Origin: a virus
Lineage: Duplodnaviria > Heunggongvirae > Uroviricota > Caudoviricetes
IMG/VR virus record: IMGVR_UViG_3300025670_000002
Length of the DNA: 64,000 nt
Direction: 5' to 3' (one strand)
The position numbers and the translations under genes are program-made. This document shows, piece after piece, positions 1 to 8,487 of this stretch (position 1 is the first letter of the stretch; each line of letters opens with the position of its first letter). The notes beneath the pieces are model-generated. The model did no database searches and was not told where the DNA came from. It saw only the letters and a program-made list of their open reading frames with translations.

Positions 1-983
1 ATGCGACAGGTGGTATAACAATTGAAACTCCAGCGGCTACGCTAGTTGCTGGTCAATCAATTTCAGGCGCAATTGAATTAATTGGCGGCGACGTAAATGC
101 GATCACTTGGGGTGCGAATTACGATTGGGGCGGGAGTGCGCCTGTATTGAGTTCGGTTGCATTAATTGGCTTTCGTAGAGAATTTGGGGATACGAAAACT
201 AAGATTTGGGTGGCGAATAGTGTTGAGGCGGTTGCTGAGGTTGTTGCTGGTGGAACGAGTATCTACTCCAATAGAACGAATGGGTATTTTGGCGGAGGGC
301 ACAATGGCGCAACCTCATCAGCAATAGACGGCATTCAATTTTCAGATGAAACAGCTATTAACCCAGCAGCTACTTTAAGTGCCGCAAGATATGTTTTGGC
401 AGGTGTTTCATCCCCAGATAAAGGGTATTTTGCTGGAGGCAGTGATGGGTCGACCGCCAGATCAGAAATTAATGGAATAGATTTCACAACAGAAGCGGCA
501 ATTAACCCAGCATCTACTATAAGTGTTGCTAGAAATGGTTTAGCAGGCGTTTCTTCCCCAGATAAAGGTTATTTTGGCGGGGGACATGATGGCGTAGCCT
601 TCCAATCAGCAATAGATGGAATTCAATTTTCAGATGAAACAGCTATTAACCCAGCAGCGGTATTAAGTGTTGCTAGATATTATTTAGCAGGCGTTTCCTC
701 CCCAGATAAAGGCTATTTTGGTGGGGGTCATGATGGCAACAACTTATCAACTATTGATGGAATTAATTTCACAACAGAGGCTGCCATTAACCCAGCGGCT
801 ACTTTAAGCGTTGCTAGGCAAGGCTTAGCAGGGGTTTCTTCACCAGACAAAGGGTATTTTGGTGGGGGCTATGATGGCGCAGCCAGAGTGTCAACAATTG
901 ATGGAATAGATTTCACAACAGAAGCGGCAATTAACCCAGCATCTACTCTAAGTGTTGCTAGACAGTATTTGGCTGGCGTATAG
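1..983 (+). CDS. 5'-truncated repeat-rich structural protein (tail-fibre-like), ~40-aa tandem repeats GGxDG..AINPAA.LSVAR..LAGVSSPDKGYFGGG
   Basis: Frame 3 is open from nt 3 to the stop at 981-983, so the ORF starts upstream of the window. At least six ~120-nt in-frame repeat units are visible in both DNA and protein. Confidence 0.5.
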   Translation, partial: ATGGITIETPAATLVAGQSISGAIELIGGDVNAITWGANYDWGGSAPVLSSVALIGFRREFGDTKTKIWVANSVEAVAEVVAGGTSIYSNRTNGYFGGGHNGATSSAIDGIQFSDETAINPAATLSAARYVLAGVSSPDKGYFAGGSDGSTARSEINGIDFTTEAAINPASTISVARNGLAGVSSPDKGYFGGGHDGVAFQSAIDGIQFSDETAINPAAVLSVARYYLAGVSSPDKGYFGGGHDGNNLSTIDGINFTTEAAINPAATLSVARQGLAGVSSPDKGYFGGGYDGAARVSTIDGIDFTTEAAINPASTLSVARQYLAGV

Positions 984-1011
984 AAATGGCAAAATCAAAA
1001 CAGGAAAACAA

Positions 1012-1671
1012 ATGCAATACATAACAGTAAAAAACGGCGCATCAACGGGTTCGCCACACATAGCACCAAAAACACTAACGCTGGAAAATGGCAATGTGAT
1101 TTCGGGATTTGATAAACTAAGTGATGCTGAAAAAATCACTTACGGGGAATACCCCTTTATTGACGAAACGCCGCAATTGGACAGGCGCTATCAAATGCTG
1201 GGGGGCAAATCAGTCGTAATAAATCCAACAAATGTAACAGTTGGCTATGCAATTGCACTAAAACCCATTGCTGACTTTATTGAAGCGACAATCAATAGCG
1301 TTTACAAGGAAGCTCAAGCTAGATTAGATAAGCAGTCCGAAGGTAGATCAATGATTGAGGTTGCCAAGTGGAATCAATTAAAGCTTGAAGTGGCGCAATA
1401 TGATATTGACGAAACTATTGGATTGACCATGAATGAGGCAATTTCAACCAGTGAGTATGATGCGGTCGGAATATCCTCATACGTTAATGCAAAAAAGGCA
1501 TACGAGGATGGAATTTTAGCAGCAAGACTTGGGCACGTTATGGCACTGAAGGGCATGACAACGCATGAGCAAGTAGCAAGCCATGTTGTTGGTCGGGTTT
1601 CAGGCGAGGTTGATATTGATGGAAACCCAATTGACCAAACCGGCATGATCGTGTGGCCCGCAGTTATCTAG
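1012..1671 (+). CDS. hypothetical protein (listed ORF 952..1671; probable start is ATG 1012 after AGGA at 1002-1005)
   Basis: In-frame ATG with RBS spacing of 6 nt. The listed M at 952 lies inside the upstream gene. No motif recognised. Confidence 0.45.
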   Translation: MQYITVKNGASTGSPHIAPKTLTLENGNVISGFDKLSDAEKITYGEYPFIDETPQLDRRYQMLGGKSVVINPTNVTVGYAIALKPIADFIEATINSVYKEAQARLDKQSEGRSMIEVAKWNQLKLEVAQYDIDETIGLTMNEAISTSEYDAVGISSYVNAKKAYEDGILAARLGHVMALKGMTTHEQVASHVVGRVSGEVDIDGNPIDQTGMIVWPAVI

Positions 1672-1680
1672 AAACTAACC

Positions 1681-1707
1681 AAGCCCGTGTATTTTTGCGG
1701 GCTTTTT
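1681..1707 (+). terminator. rho-independent terminator (AAGCCCG/CGGGCTT stem followed by T-run)
   Basis: Perfect 7-bp stem, loop TGTATTTTTG, then TTTTT. Confidence 0.6.
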
Positions 1708-1729
1708 ATTAACTCACCAGTGACTTACT

Positions 1730-3526
1730 ATGAAGCAGAAGAAAAAGAGCAATCACACTAGAGAAGCAAGAATCGGCAGAAAAAGAAGCAGACGGTTAAA
1801 TGTCGATTCTGAGCCGTCCTTTAGTGAAATGAAACCGAGAGTAGATAGAGCTATTATTCAGCCCGTCAGCGCAATGACAGAAGCTCAGGGGCAGTATATT
1901 AGCTCAATCAAAGATAACATTATTACATTCGGGGTCGGGCCAGCGGGAACGGGTAAGGCCCAGCCACTTGATGCGCTGATAAAGACGCCAAATGGCTGGT
2001 CGCAAATGAGAGACATGACAGTTGGCAGTGCTATAGTTGCAAAAGATGGAACTAAAACATCCGTAACCGCTGTGTTTCCACAGGGCAGCAAGGATATTTA
2101 CACAATAAAGTTTAAAGATGGTAGGGAGGCTAGATGCTGTAGGGAGCATCTATGGAGGGTATACTGTTATGATTGGAAGGACAAGTGGAGAGTTATAAAT
2201 ACTGAGGTGCTGATTGGACTTCTTGCTCAGAAGTCAAAAGAGGGGAGATTGTATATCGATCTGCCTGACTCAGAGGATGTGATCGACTCAGAAAACCTTC
2301 CAGTTGATCCATATTTACTGGGCTTGTTGCTGGGGGATGGTCACATAGGGAGGAACTGCATAAGACTTTCAACGGGAGATGATTTTATAGTTGAGCAAGT
2401 GAGGGGAATTCTACCGAGTGAATTGGGAATATTTCATGTTGGAAAATTTGATTACTCAATAGTAAAGTCCTCAAGAGAGAGAAGACGCGGAAACAACTCT
2501 CTATTGTCAACACTGAGAGATGACTTGGGAATGTGTGGGATAAAATCAGACATGAAGTTTGTGCCCGATGTGTATCTTCATAGCTCGACATCTCAAAGAT
2601 TGTCAATTCTTCAGGGGCTAATGGATAGCGACGGAACGGTTTGTAAAAACAGTGGTTCGCTGTCGTTTACATCGGTAAGTGAAGGATTGGCGATGGACGT
2701 TCAGTATTTGGTGAGATCACTAGGGGGGCTGGCGTCGATATCTGAAAAGGAGGTGTGGTTTGGCTATGATGAGAAAAAGAAAAAGGGTAAAAACGCTTTC
2801 AATGTAAATATACGAATGAAGACCCCAAGCGCAGCCTTTAGATTGCCTAGAAAAATTGAATTAACCAGAGATGATGGTCAATACAAGGGCAGCCTAAGAC
2901 TCGGTATCGTGTCTGTTGAGAAAAGTGGGTGCGAGGAGGCGCAGTGTATATCAATCAAGCACGGTGACAGCCTATATGTCACCAACGACTTTGTTGTTAC
3001 TCACAATACTTATGTTGCCGCAGGACTTGCCGCTGATGATTTGCGTGATGGAAAGATTGATAAAATTATCATCACTAGACCAGGCGTTGAGGCAGGTGAG
3101 TCATTTGGCTTTCTACCTGGCGAGATTGAGGAAAAATACGCACCATATATCGATCCATTCCGTGACATTCTGAATGAGCGGTTGGGGAAAGGTCAGGTAG
3201 AGTATTTAATCAAGTCAAAGAAAATCGAGGCGAAGCCGCTTGCGTTTATGAGAGGTAGCACTTTTAAAGATGCCGTAATTATCTTGGATGAAGCTCAGAA
3301 CACAACACCGACGCAGATGAAGCTATTTCTTACGAGAATTGGTGAAGGATGCACGGTGATTGTTGATGGAGATACGGCACAGAAAGATATTTCTGGAAAA
3401 TCTGGACTATCTGATGCCGTGAATAGATTAAGAAGCTTGAGTAATGTCGGTGTGGTTGAGTTTCATTCCGATGACATAGTTAGGTCCGGTATTGTTAAGG
3501 ATATAATCGAAGCCTACGAAGAATAA
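1730..3526 (+). CDS. phoH: PhoH-like ATPase interrupted by an intein with a LAGLIDADG endonuclease
   Basis: The exteins read GPAGTGK|TYVAAGLAADDL .. DEAQNTTP .. DGDTAQKD, i.e. a PhoH P-loop and Walker B once the 350-aa insert is removed. The insert has Hint blocks and two LAGLIDADG motifs (LLGLLLGDGHI, LQGLMDSDGTV). Confidence 0.85.
   Translation: MKQKKKSNHTREARIGRKRSRRLNVDSEPSFSEMKPRVDRAIIQPVSAMTEAQGQYISSIKDNIITFGVGPAGTGKAQPLDALIKTPNGWSQMRDMTVGSAIVAKDGTKTSVTAVFPQGSKDIYTIKFKDGREARCCREHLWRVYCYDWKDKWRVINTEVLIGLLAQKSKEGRLYIDLPDSEDVIDSENLPVDPYLLGLLLGDGHIGRNCIRLSTGDDFIVEQVRGILPSELGIFHVGKFDYSIVKSSRERRRGNNSLLSTLRDDLGMCGIKSDMKFVPDVYLHSSTSQRLSILQGLMDSDGTVCKNSGSLSFTSVSEGLAMDVQYLVRSLGGLASISEKEVWFGYDEKKKKGKNAFNVNIRMKTPSAAFRLPRKIELTRDDGQYKGSLRLGIVSVEKSGCEEAQCISIKHGDSLYVTNDFVVTHNTYVAAGLAADDLRDGKIDKIIITRPGVEAGESFGFLPGEIEEKYAPYIDPFRDILNERLGKGQVEYLIKSKKIEAKPLAFMRGSTFKDAVIILDEAQNTTPTQMKLFLTRIGEGCTVIVDGDTAQKDISGKSGLSDAVNRLRSLSNVGVVEFHSDDIVRSGIVKDIIEAYEE
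1958..3007 (+). mobile_element. intein in the PhoH P-loop: Ala1 N-terminus, ends VVTHN, +1 residue Thr; carries a LAGLIDADG homing endonuclease
   Basis: Block A AQPLDALIKTPNGW, block B REHLWRV, two LAGLIDADG motifs, C-terminal HN followed by T. Removing it restores GPAGTGKT. Confidence 0.7.
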
Positions 3527-3594
3527 GCAGCACCCATCTTTACCGCTGTATAGTGATACTTTATTATTTAAGTTATTACTATACAGTAGTAAAG

Positions 3595-3665
3595 AAAAAC
3601 ATGCCCGCACCTAGTTGGAGCCGATAGTGTTACTAACTAAATACAGGTGCGGGCATGTTTTCTCT
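3595..3665 (+). terminator. long hairpin terminator (AAAAACATGCCCGCACCT ... AGGTGCGGGCATGTTTT then TCTCTTCTT), preceded by a second 9-bp inverted repeat at 3549-3590
   Basis: ~16-bp perfect stem seen directly in the sequence. A second hairpin CTGTATAGT/ACTATACAG lies just upstream. Confidence 0.55.
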
Positions 3666-3728
3666 TCTTACTATTTATAGTTAATATCTAAACTAAAGTA
3701 TAGAAGAAAAGCAATTAAGGAAAATAAA

Positions 3729-4427
3729 ATGTCAGACACATTCGGTGATTTCTTTGGAAGTCAGTTTACTGCACAAGAATGCGACCTGCTTGCGTTCGAT
3801 GGTATAAATGAAAAGTTACTCAGCGGTGAGGCGAAGTTGTTTGGGGAAAAGTGGTTTGATTATCGCTTTATGCACCCAACTACGGCAACATATCTATTTG
3901 CACACTTATATTCGGAAGGATGTAAGGATGCCAACCAGGTGATTTATGATGTCGATAAAGGCAAGTTCATGAAGAACTGGAAGGGTAAAGACTTCCTCGA
4001 TAAGAAAGAGCGCGGTGGTTTTTGGAAAGCCAGACAATCGGCAGACAGAATGTGCATGCCTTACAACTACTATATAAGATTTGCTATCGACTTCGGATTG
4101 TCACGCTGCTGGAAGAGAATACCGCGTCCTTCTCAGATGTATTCCAAAGAATGTATTGAGTGGGTTCAGAATAAATGGAGTGATGAGCTGAGTTCGGGAG
4201 TGGTTGAGCCCGTAATATCGCATCTAAGAGCGCCTATGCAAAAAGACGAACAAGTTCATTTAGAAATGCAAAGGTGGGTGTGTGGGGTGCTTAAAACTCG
4301 CAGAAACGCACATTACGGGTTAAGTCACTATTTATTTATTTTCCCGATCATTTCTGAACAAATTGCGCTACAATATTTCACAGTTGAAGAGATACAGAAA
4401 GCGAAGCGAGTAGCCGAATCTCTTTAA
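3729..4427 (+). CDS. hypothetical protein
   Basis: 232-aa ORF with an AAGGAAAATAAAATG RBS context. No motif recognised. Confidence 0.5.
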   Translation: MSDTFGDFFGSQFTAQECDLLAFDGINEKLLSGEAKLFGEKWFDYRFMHPTTATYLFAHLYSEGCKDANQVIYDVDKGKFMKNWKGKDFLDKKERGGFWKARQSADRMCMPYNYYIRFAIDFGLSRCWKRIPRPSQMYSKECIEWVQNKWSDELSSGVVEPVISHLRAPMQKDEQVHLEMQRWVCGVLKTRRNAHYGLSHYLFIFPIISEQIALQYFTVEEIQKAKRVAESL

Positions 4428-4482
4428 TTTAATAAATAAGTCATCAATGACTTAATCAAGCAATCAAAAGGAGTTACACAAT

Positions 4483-4902
4483 ATGTCACAAGCTATCAAT
4501 CAAGAGTCAAAAATCCGCCAAGATCAGTTGGAATACGCAAGACAACAATCGGATGATGGGGCAGCTCTCTCAAGAAAAAGTGTGCACGGCGGAGGGGGAA
4601 GTAAGTCGGAGCAAAAGCGAATTAGCGTTTTGAAAGGCAATCCCTCAAGAGTTCATCAGCAGCCTAAGCCAAAGAAGACTGAGCGCAAGATAGAAGGCCA
4701 TGAAGTTGATTTCAAGAAGGCGGTATCCAGTAGGGCAATCGTTAGTGTGTTTATGAAGGGTGTTGATTCGATGTCGGGTGAGATACGCGGCAGAATAGAG
4801 AAGTTTGATAAATATGCAATCAAGATTGATATGGGCGCTGGTGAATCAATGTGGGTATTCAAGAGCGCAATTGGTGCATTTAAAATGTCTGGTGTGTCGT
4901 AA
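4483..4902 (+). CDS. hfq: Hfq-like Sm-fold RNA chaperone with a ~75-aa basic N-terminal extension
   Basis: The C-terminal 60 aa read VSVFMKGVDSMSGEIRGRIEKFDKYAIKID...WVFKSAIGA. These align by eye to the Hfq Sm1/Sm2 motifs ([25 protein letters not shown]...MVYKHAIST). Confidence 0.55.
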   Translation: MSQAINQESKIRQDQLEYARQQSDDGAALSRKSVHGGGGSKSEQKRISVLKGNPSRVHQQPKPKKTERKIEGHEVDFKKAVSSRAIVSVFMKGVDSMSGEIRGRIEKFDKYAIKIDMGAGESMWVFKSAIGAFKMSGVS

Positions 4903-6228
4903 GTGAGTTCGGAAGAGCCAAAGTATGAGTTCGATACTAGTTTCCAGACGAAGATAGCGGCGTGCGTTCTAAAAGACGCGTCATTCAATGGGAAGACAGT
5001 CGGGCTAATAAAGCCTGAATACTTTGAAAACTCAGCAGAAGCGGCACTTGTAAATCTGGTCATTAAGTATTATGAAAAATACGAGAGAACGCCAGATGTA
5101 TCAACGCTAATTTCCCTTATTAAGAAAGACGTTGACGCGAAGATAATTAGAAAAGACCTTGTTGTTGATGTAAAAGCTTCCGTTGTTTCGCTCAAGAAGG
5201 AAGACATCGGTGATGTTGACTATGTTGTGGAAGAGGTTGCTAGTTTCGCAAAGCACCAGGCTGTAGAGACTGCGATTTTAAACTCCGTTGACCTGCTTGA
5301 GCGCAGAGACTTTCCAGCAATTGAGAAGGCTGTTTCAAAAGCTCTCGAAGTTGGTGCAAATGAGGATGTTGATAATTACGACTTCTTCTCGGACGTAGCA
5401 CTTGAAAGCAGAGAGAAGCTTAGAAATGACAGATTATCTGGTGCAAAATCTAAAAAGGTAATCTCTACTGGCGTAAAGGGGCTTGATAAGCGACTGTTTC
5501 ACAAGGGATGGGCAAGGCAAGAGTTATACGTCTTAATGGGCCCACCTAAGTCGGGTAAGTCAATTGCTCTCGCTAACTTTGCAAAAAACGCATCTGTTCA
5601 GGGATACAACACGTTGTTCGCAACGCTTGAGGTATCGACGGATGTTGCGGCAGAGCGTATTGATTCGAGCATCACGGGCATTGAGCTTAATGATATTGAG
5701 AACAGAAGTGTGGAGGCTAAGGATAAAGTAAAAGCAATGCGTGACAGTGCAGGGAAGCTTATGATCGAGCAGTTCCCAACTGGGACACTAACAACGAGAG
5801 AGCTCGGCAGAGTGATACAGAAATACAAAAGCAGAGGTATTGTTTTTGATATGGTCGTCGTTGATTATGCAGATATTATGGCACCGAACATTAGATCAAA
5901 TGAGCCTATTGAAAATTCAAAATCAATCTACGTTGACCTAAGAGCTTTGGCGCAAGTTGAAGACGTGGTGATGCTGTCTGCAATGCAGACAAACAGAGAG
6001 GGTGCGAAAGTAACAACTGCAAAAATGGAACATGCGGCAGAAGATTTCAACAAGATCAGAATCCCAGACCTTGTTATATCAATCAATGCGACCCCAGAAG
6101 AGAAGAAGCGAAACGAGGCTAGATTGTTCTTCGTCGCTTCGAGAAACCAAGAAGGTGAATTTTCAATACACATTCAGCAAAACTTGGCGTCGATGCGGTT
6201 CTTAACCAAAATTCTCAAGATAGAATAA
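4903..6228 (+). CDS. dnaB: DnaB-family replicative helicase (GTG start)
   Basis: Walker A reads GPPKSGKS, and the block LFATLEVSTDVAAERIDSSITGIELND fits a RecA-like helicase core. Size and position next to the primase agree. Confidence 0.75.
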   Translation: MSSEEPKYEFDTSFQTKIAACVLKDASFNGKTVGLIKPEYFENSAEAALVNLVIKYYEKYERTPDVSTLISLIKKDVDAKIIRKDLVVDVKASVVSLKKEDIGDVDYVVEEVASFAKHQAVETAILNSVDLLERRDFPAIEKAVSKALEVGANEDVDNYDFFSDVALESREKLRNDRLSGAKSKKVISTGVKGLDKRLFHKGWARQELYVLMGPPKSGKSIALANFAKNASVQGYNTLFATLEVSTDVAAERIDSSITGIELNDIENRSVEAKDKVKAMRDSAGKLMIEQFPTGTLTTRELGRVIQKYKSRGIVFDMVVVDYADIMAPNIRSNEPIENSKSIYVDLRALAQVEDVVMLSAMQTNREGAKVTTAKMEHAAEDFNKIRIPDLVISINATPEEKKRNEARLFFVASRNQEGEFSIHIQQNLASMRFLTKILKIE

Positions 6229-7301
6229 TGTCAGAAAGAGAGGATTTGTCAGAGATACTCTCCAATATCGACATGGAGAGTTATCTCGATCGGGAAGCAA
6301 TTGAGTATAGGCTTACAAGAGGTAGCTCAGGTGAGCAGTTGCAGATAAAAGAGTGCCCTGAGTGCGGCGGCAATGAGTGGAAGGTGTATCTCAATGCCGA
6401 TACAGGATTGGGGAATTGTTTTGCGGGGTCATGCGGGACAACATTCAACAAGTGGAGTTTCATACGTTCGCACCTTCAAGGGTCTTCAACTGGCGATGTG
6501 TTCAGACACATCAAGACCGTTTCTCAAGAGCATGGGTGGAGACCAAAGAAGGTTGCGAGGGAGGTCGATGAGGAAGCGTCTGAGCTAAAGCTGCCAGAGT
6601 CAGTGCCTTTGCCATACAAGGGGAAAAACCTTTCGTATCTAACCGCGAGGGGGATTAGTCTCGATATGGCAAAGCACTTTAACCTTAGATTTAGTTCAAA
6701 GGGCATGTTTTGGTATAAGCACGAAGGGGAGGTAAGGTTTCAGAGCTACAAAAATAGAATACTTATTCCAATCTACGACATAGAAGGTGTGTTAGTATCA
6801 TTTCAGGGAAGGGATATTACTGGGGACGCTGAAAAGAAATATCTGTTTCCGCCTGGATTTGCATCAACAGGAAAGTATTTGTATAACGCCCACAATGCAA
6901 CTGGGGCAAAGAGTATTGTTGTGAATGAGGGCGTGTTTGATGTTATGGCAACGAGGATTGCTTTGGATCAAGATGTATCAACGAGATCGGTTGTTTCAAT
7001 CGGCACGTTCGGCAAGCATTTATCCAGCGGCGGAAGTAATGACCAAATAGCTCAGTTCATCCTTCTTAAGCAATCGGGGCTGAAAGAGGCCACCTTTATG
7101 TGGGATGGGGAGAGACTTGCTACGGAAGCGGCGGTAAAGTCCGCGCTTGAAATATCAAAGCTTGGGATTACTGTTCGTATAGCAATTTTACCAGACGGAA
7201 AAGACCCCAACGAAGTTCCCGCGCATGTTGTAAGAGATGCCTACAAAAACGCAACAACCGTAAACAAAAGAACGGCGGTTAGGCTACTGCTTGGGAAATG
7301 A
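6228..7301 (+). CDS. DNA primase (zinc-ribbon plus TOPRIM)
   Basis: CPECGG..x..CFAGSCG zinc ribbon. TOPRIM-like IVVNEGVFDVMA and DG.D motifs. The start overlaps the helicase stop (ATAATG). Confidence 0.7.
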   Translation: MSEREDLSEILSNIDMESYLDREAIEYRLTRGSSGEQLQIKECPECGGNEWKVYLNADTGLGNCFAGSCGTTFNKWSFIRSHLQGSSTGDVFRHIKTVSQEHGWRPKKVAREVDEEASELKLPESVPLPYKGKNLSYLTARGISLDMAKHFNLRFSSKGMFWYKHEGEVRFQSYKNRILIPIYDIEGVLVSFQGRDITGDAEKKYLFPPGFASTGKYLYNAHNATGAKSIVVNEGVFDVMATRIALDQDVSTRSVVSIGTFGKHLSSGGSNDQIAQFILLKQSGLKEATFMWDGERLATEAAVKSALEISKLGITVRIAILPDGKDPNEVPAHVVRDAYKNATTVNKRTAVRLLLGK

Positions 7302-7348
7302 CGCTATAAGCAAGCGCACCCAGCACTGTAGTTGTAAAATATGTATTC

Positions 7349-7362
7349 AGTCAGTAATGACT
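7349..7362 (+). promoter_or_regulatory. palindromic AGTCAGTAATGACT motif (family A) upstream of 7393
   Basis: AGTCA/TGACT inverted repeat in an intergenic region. Confidence 0.4.
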
Positions 7363-7392
7363 AACTAAAAATCAAGCAAATAAGGAGTTTAT

Positions 7393-7866
7393 ATGGCCAC
7401 TGAGATAAGAATGAAGCAATGCCGCTACACCAAAGACAGTAAGTTTTATGATGTATCAGTAACGGCTGTTGTCGTTGATGACGGAAATGGCTTTTCAACA
7501 TTTATAAGAAGGTGGGGGAAAGGGGATGGGGTTAGTCTAGTTGGGTCAGTAAGAAGTGTTGACGCTTCAAATCTTGACTGTAATATTAAGTTTGACAAGG
7601 AGTGCGCAACAAGGGCAAAAAGACATTATTCAGCGACAGGTGTTGTTGAGAAGATTGTCAAATTGGATGAAATGAGTATCGACGATGCGAGAAAGGAGAT
7701 ACATGACTTTATGAGATTTGATGCCGCAGAGGTAATAAATGGAATTGGTATTTTGTTGAGGGATTTGCCGAAATCAACATCGCGAGGTGAGAGTGTGATT
7801 CCAGTAAATCTACTGGATGAAGATTTTGATAAATACAAAGATAACTCAAAATGGGGGTCGTGGTAA
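7393..7866 (+). CDS. hypothetical protein ending ...SKWGSW-COOH
   Basis: 157-aa ORF with RBS AAGGAG 7381-7386. C-terminal GSW tail shared with three other ORFs. Confidence 0.55.
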   Translation: MATEIRMKQCRYTKDSKFYDVSVTAVVVDDGNGFSTFIRRWGKGDGVSLVGSVRSVDASNLDCNIKFDKECATRAKRHYSATGVVEKIVKLDEMSIDDARKEIHDFMRFDAAEVINGIGILLRDLPKSTSRGESVIPVNLLDEDFDKYKDNSKWGSW

Positions 7867-8477
7867 TGGATGATAAATTGAGCGTTAGTGAGAGTAAAGG
7901 TTTGGGCAACAACCATACAATGTGGTGCGACAAGCATGACCAGCGCAGACATTATGGCGCATGCATTTGGCAAGTCGAAGCTTATGACGAAGATAGACTT
8001 GAGACTGGCGAGCATAACGACTGTGCAAACGCCATGTGTGCGGGTAACTGCGTTGCTAAAAAAATGCGCGAAGAGGAGATTGCCGCTGGACATGCGATTT
8101 ACTTTAGAGAAAAGAATGTGGTAAATAAGCACGAAAGCGTGGTTAATACGGTCAAGAATGACAGCTACAAGCGCGGATGGAATCAGGTTGGGTCAAGTGC
8201 TGGCAAAACAGATGACAACTATGAAGTGGCGGGGATTCCGAGAGCCGTAGTTAAGAGAATTGAGCGGCATTCCGATAGTGCACCAATTGTCAAAACTGTC
8301 GATATGGCTGATGTAATTACAAAAGCTGTTGCGGAAGAGTCAAAGAAAATTTCAATGGCTGAATTTGTAAAAATGAAAAGAGAAGTGATACTTCTGTCAA
8401 AGACAAATATGGCGAAAGCCAAAAAGCTCTTGATTGAGGTAAAGAGAATTGAATCAAATAACTTAGTGACTGCATAA
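7851..8477 (+). CDS. hypothetical Cys/His-rich protein
   Basis: 208-aa ORF coupled to the upstream gene. Contains a CDKHDQRRHYGAC..HNDCANAMCAGNC cluster suggesting metal binding. Confidence 0.5.
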   Translation: MGVVVMDDKLSVSESKGLGNNHTMWCDKHDQRRHYGACIWQVEAYDEDRLETGEHNDCANAMCAGNCVAKKMREEEIAAGHAIYFREKNVVNKHESVVNTVKNDSYKRGWNQVGSSAGKTDDNYEVAGIPRAVVKRIERHSDSAPIVKTVDMADVITKAVAEESKKISMAEFVKMKREVILLSKTNMAKAKKLLIEVKRIESNNLVTA

Positions 8478-8487
8478 GGGCATAGAT

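Noticed and set aside
1885-3610. Several 60-90-aa minus-strand ORFs inside phoH, and similar antisense ORFs inside nearly every long gene (e.g. 5598-5828, 9474-9794, 28705-29373, 62702-63016)
   Set aside because: They are fully embedded in strongly supported genes on the opposite strand, lack RBS contexts and have no motifs. They are treated as chance ORFs.
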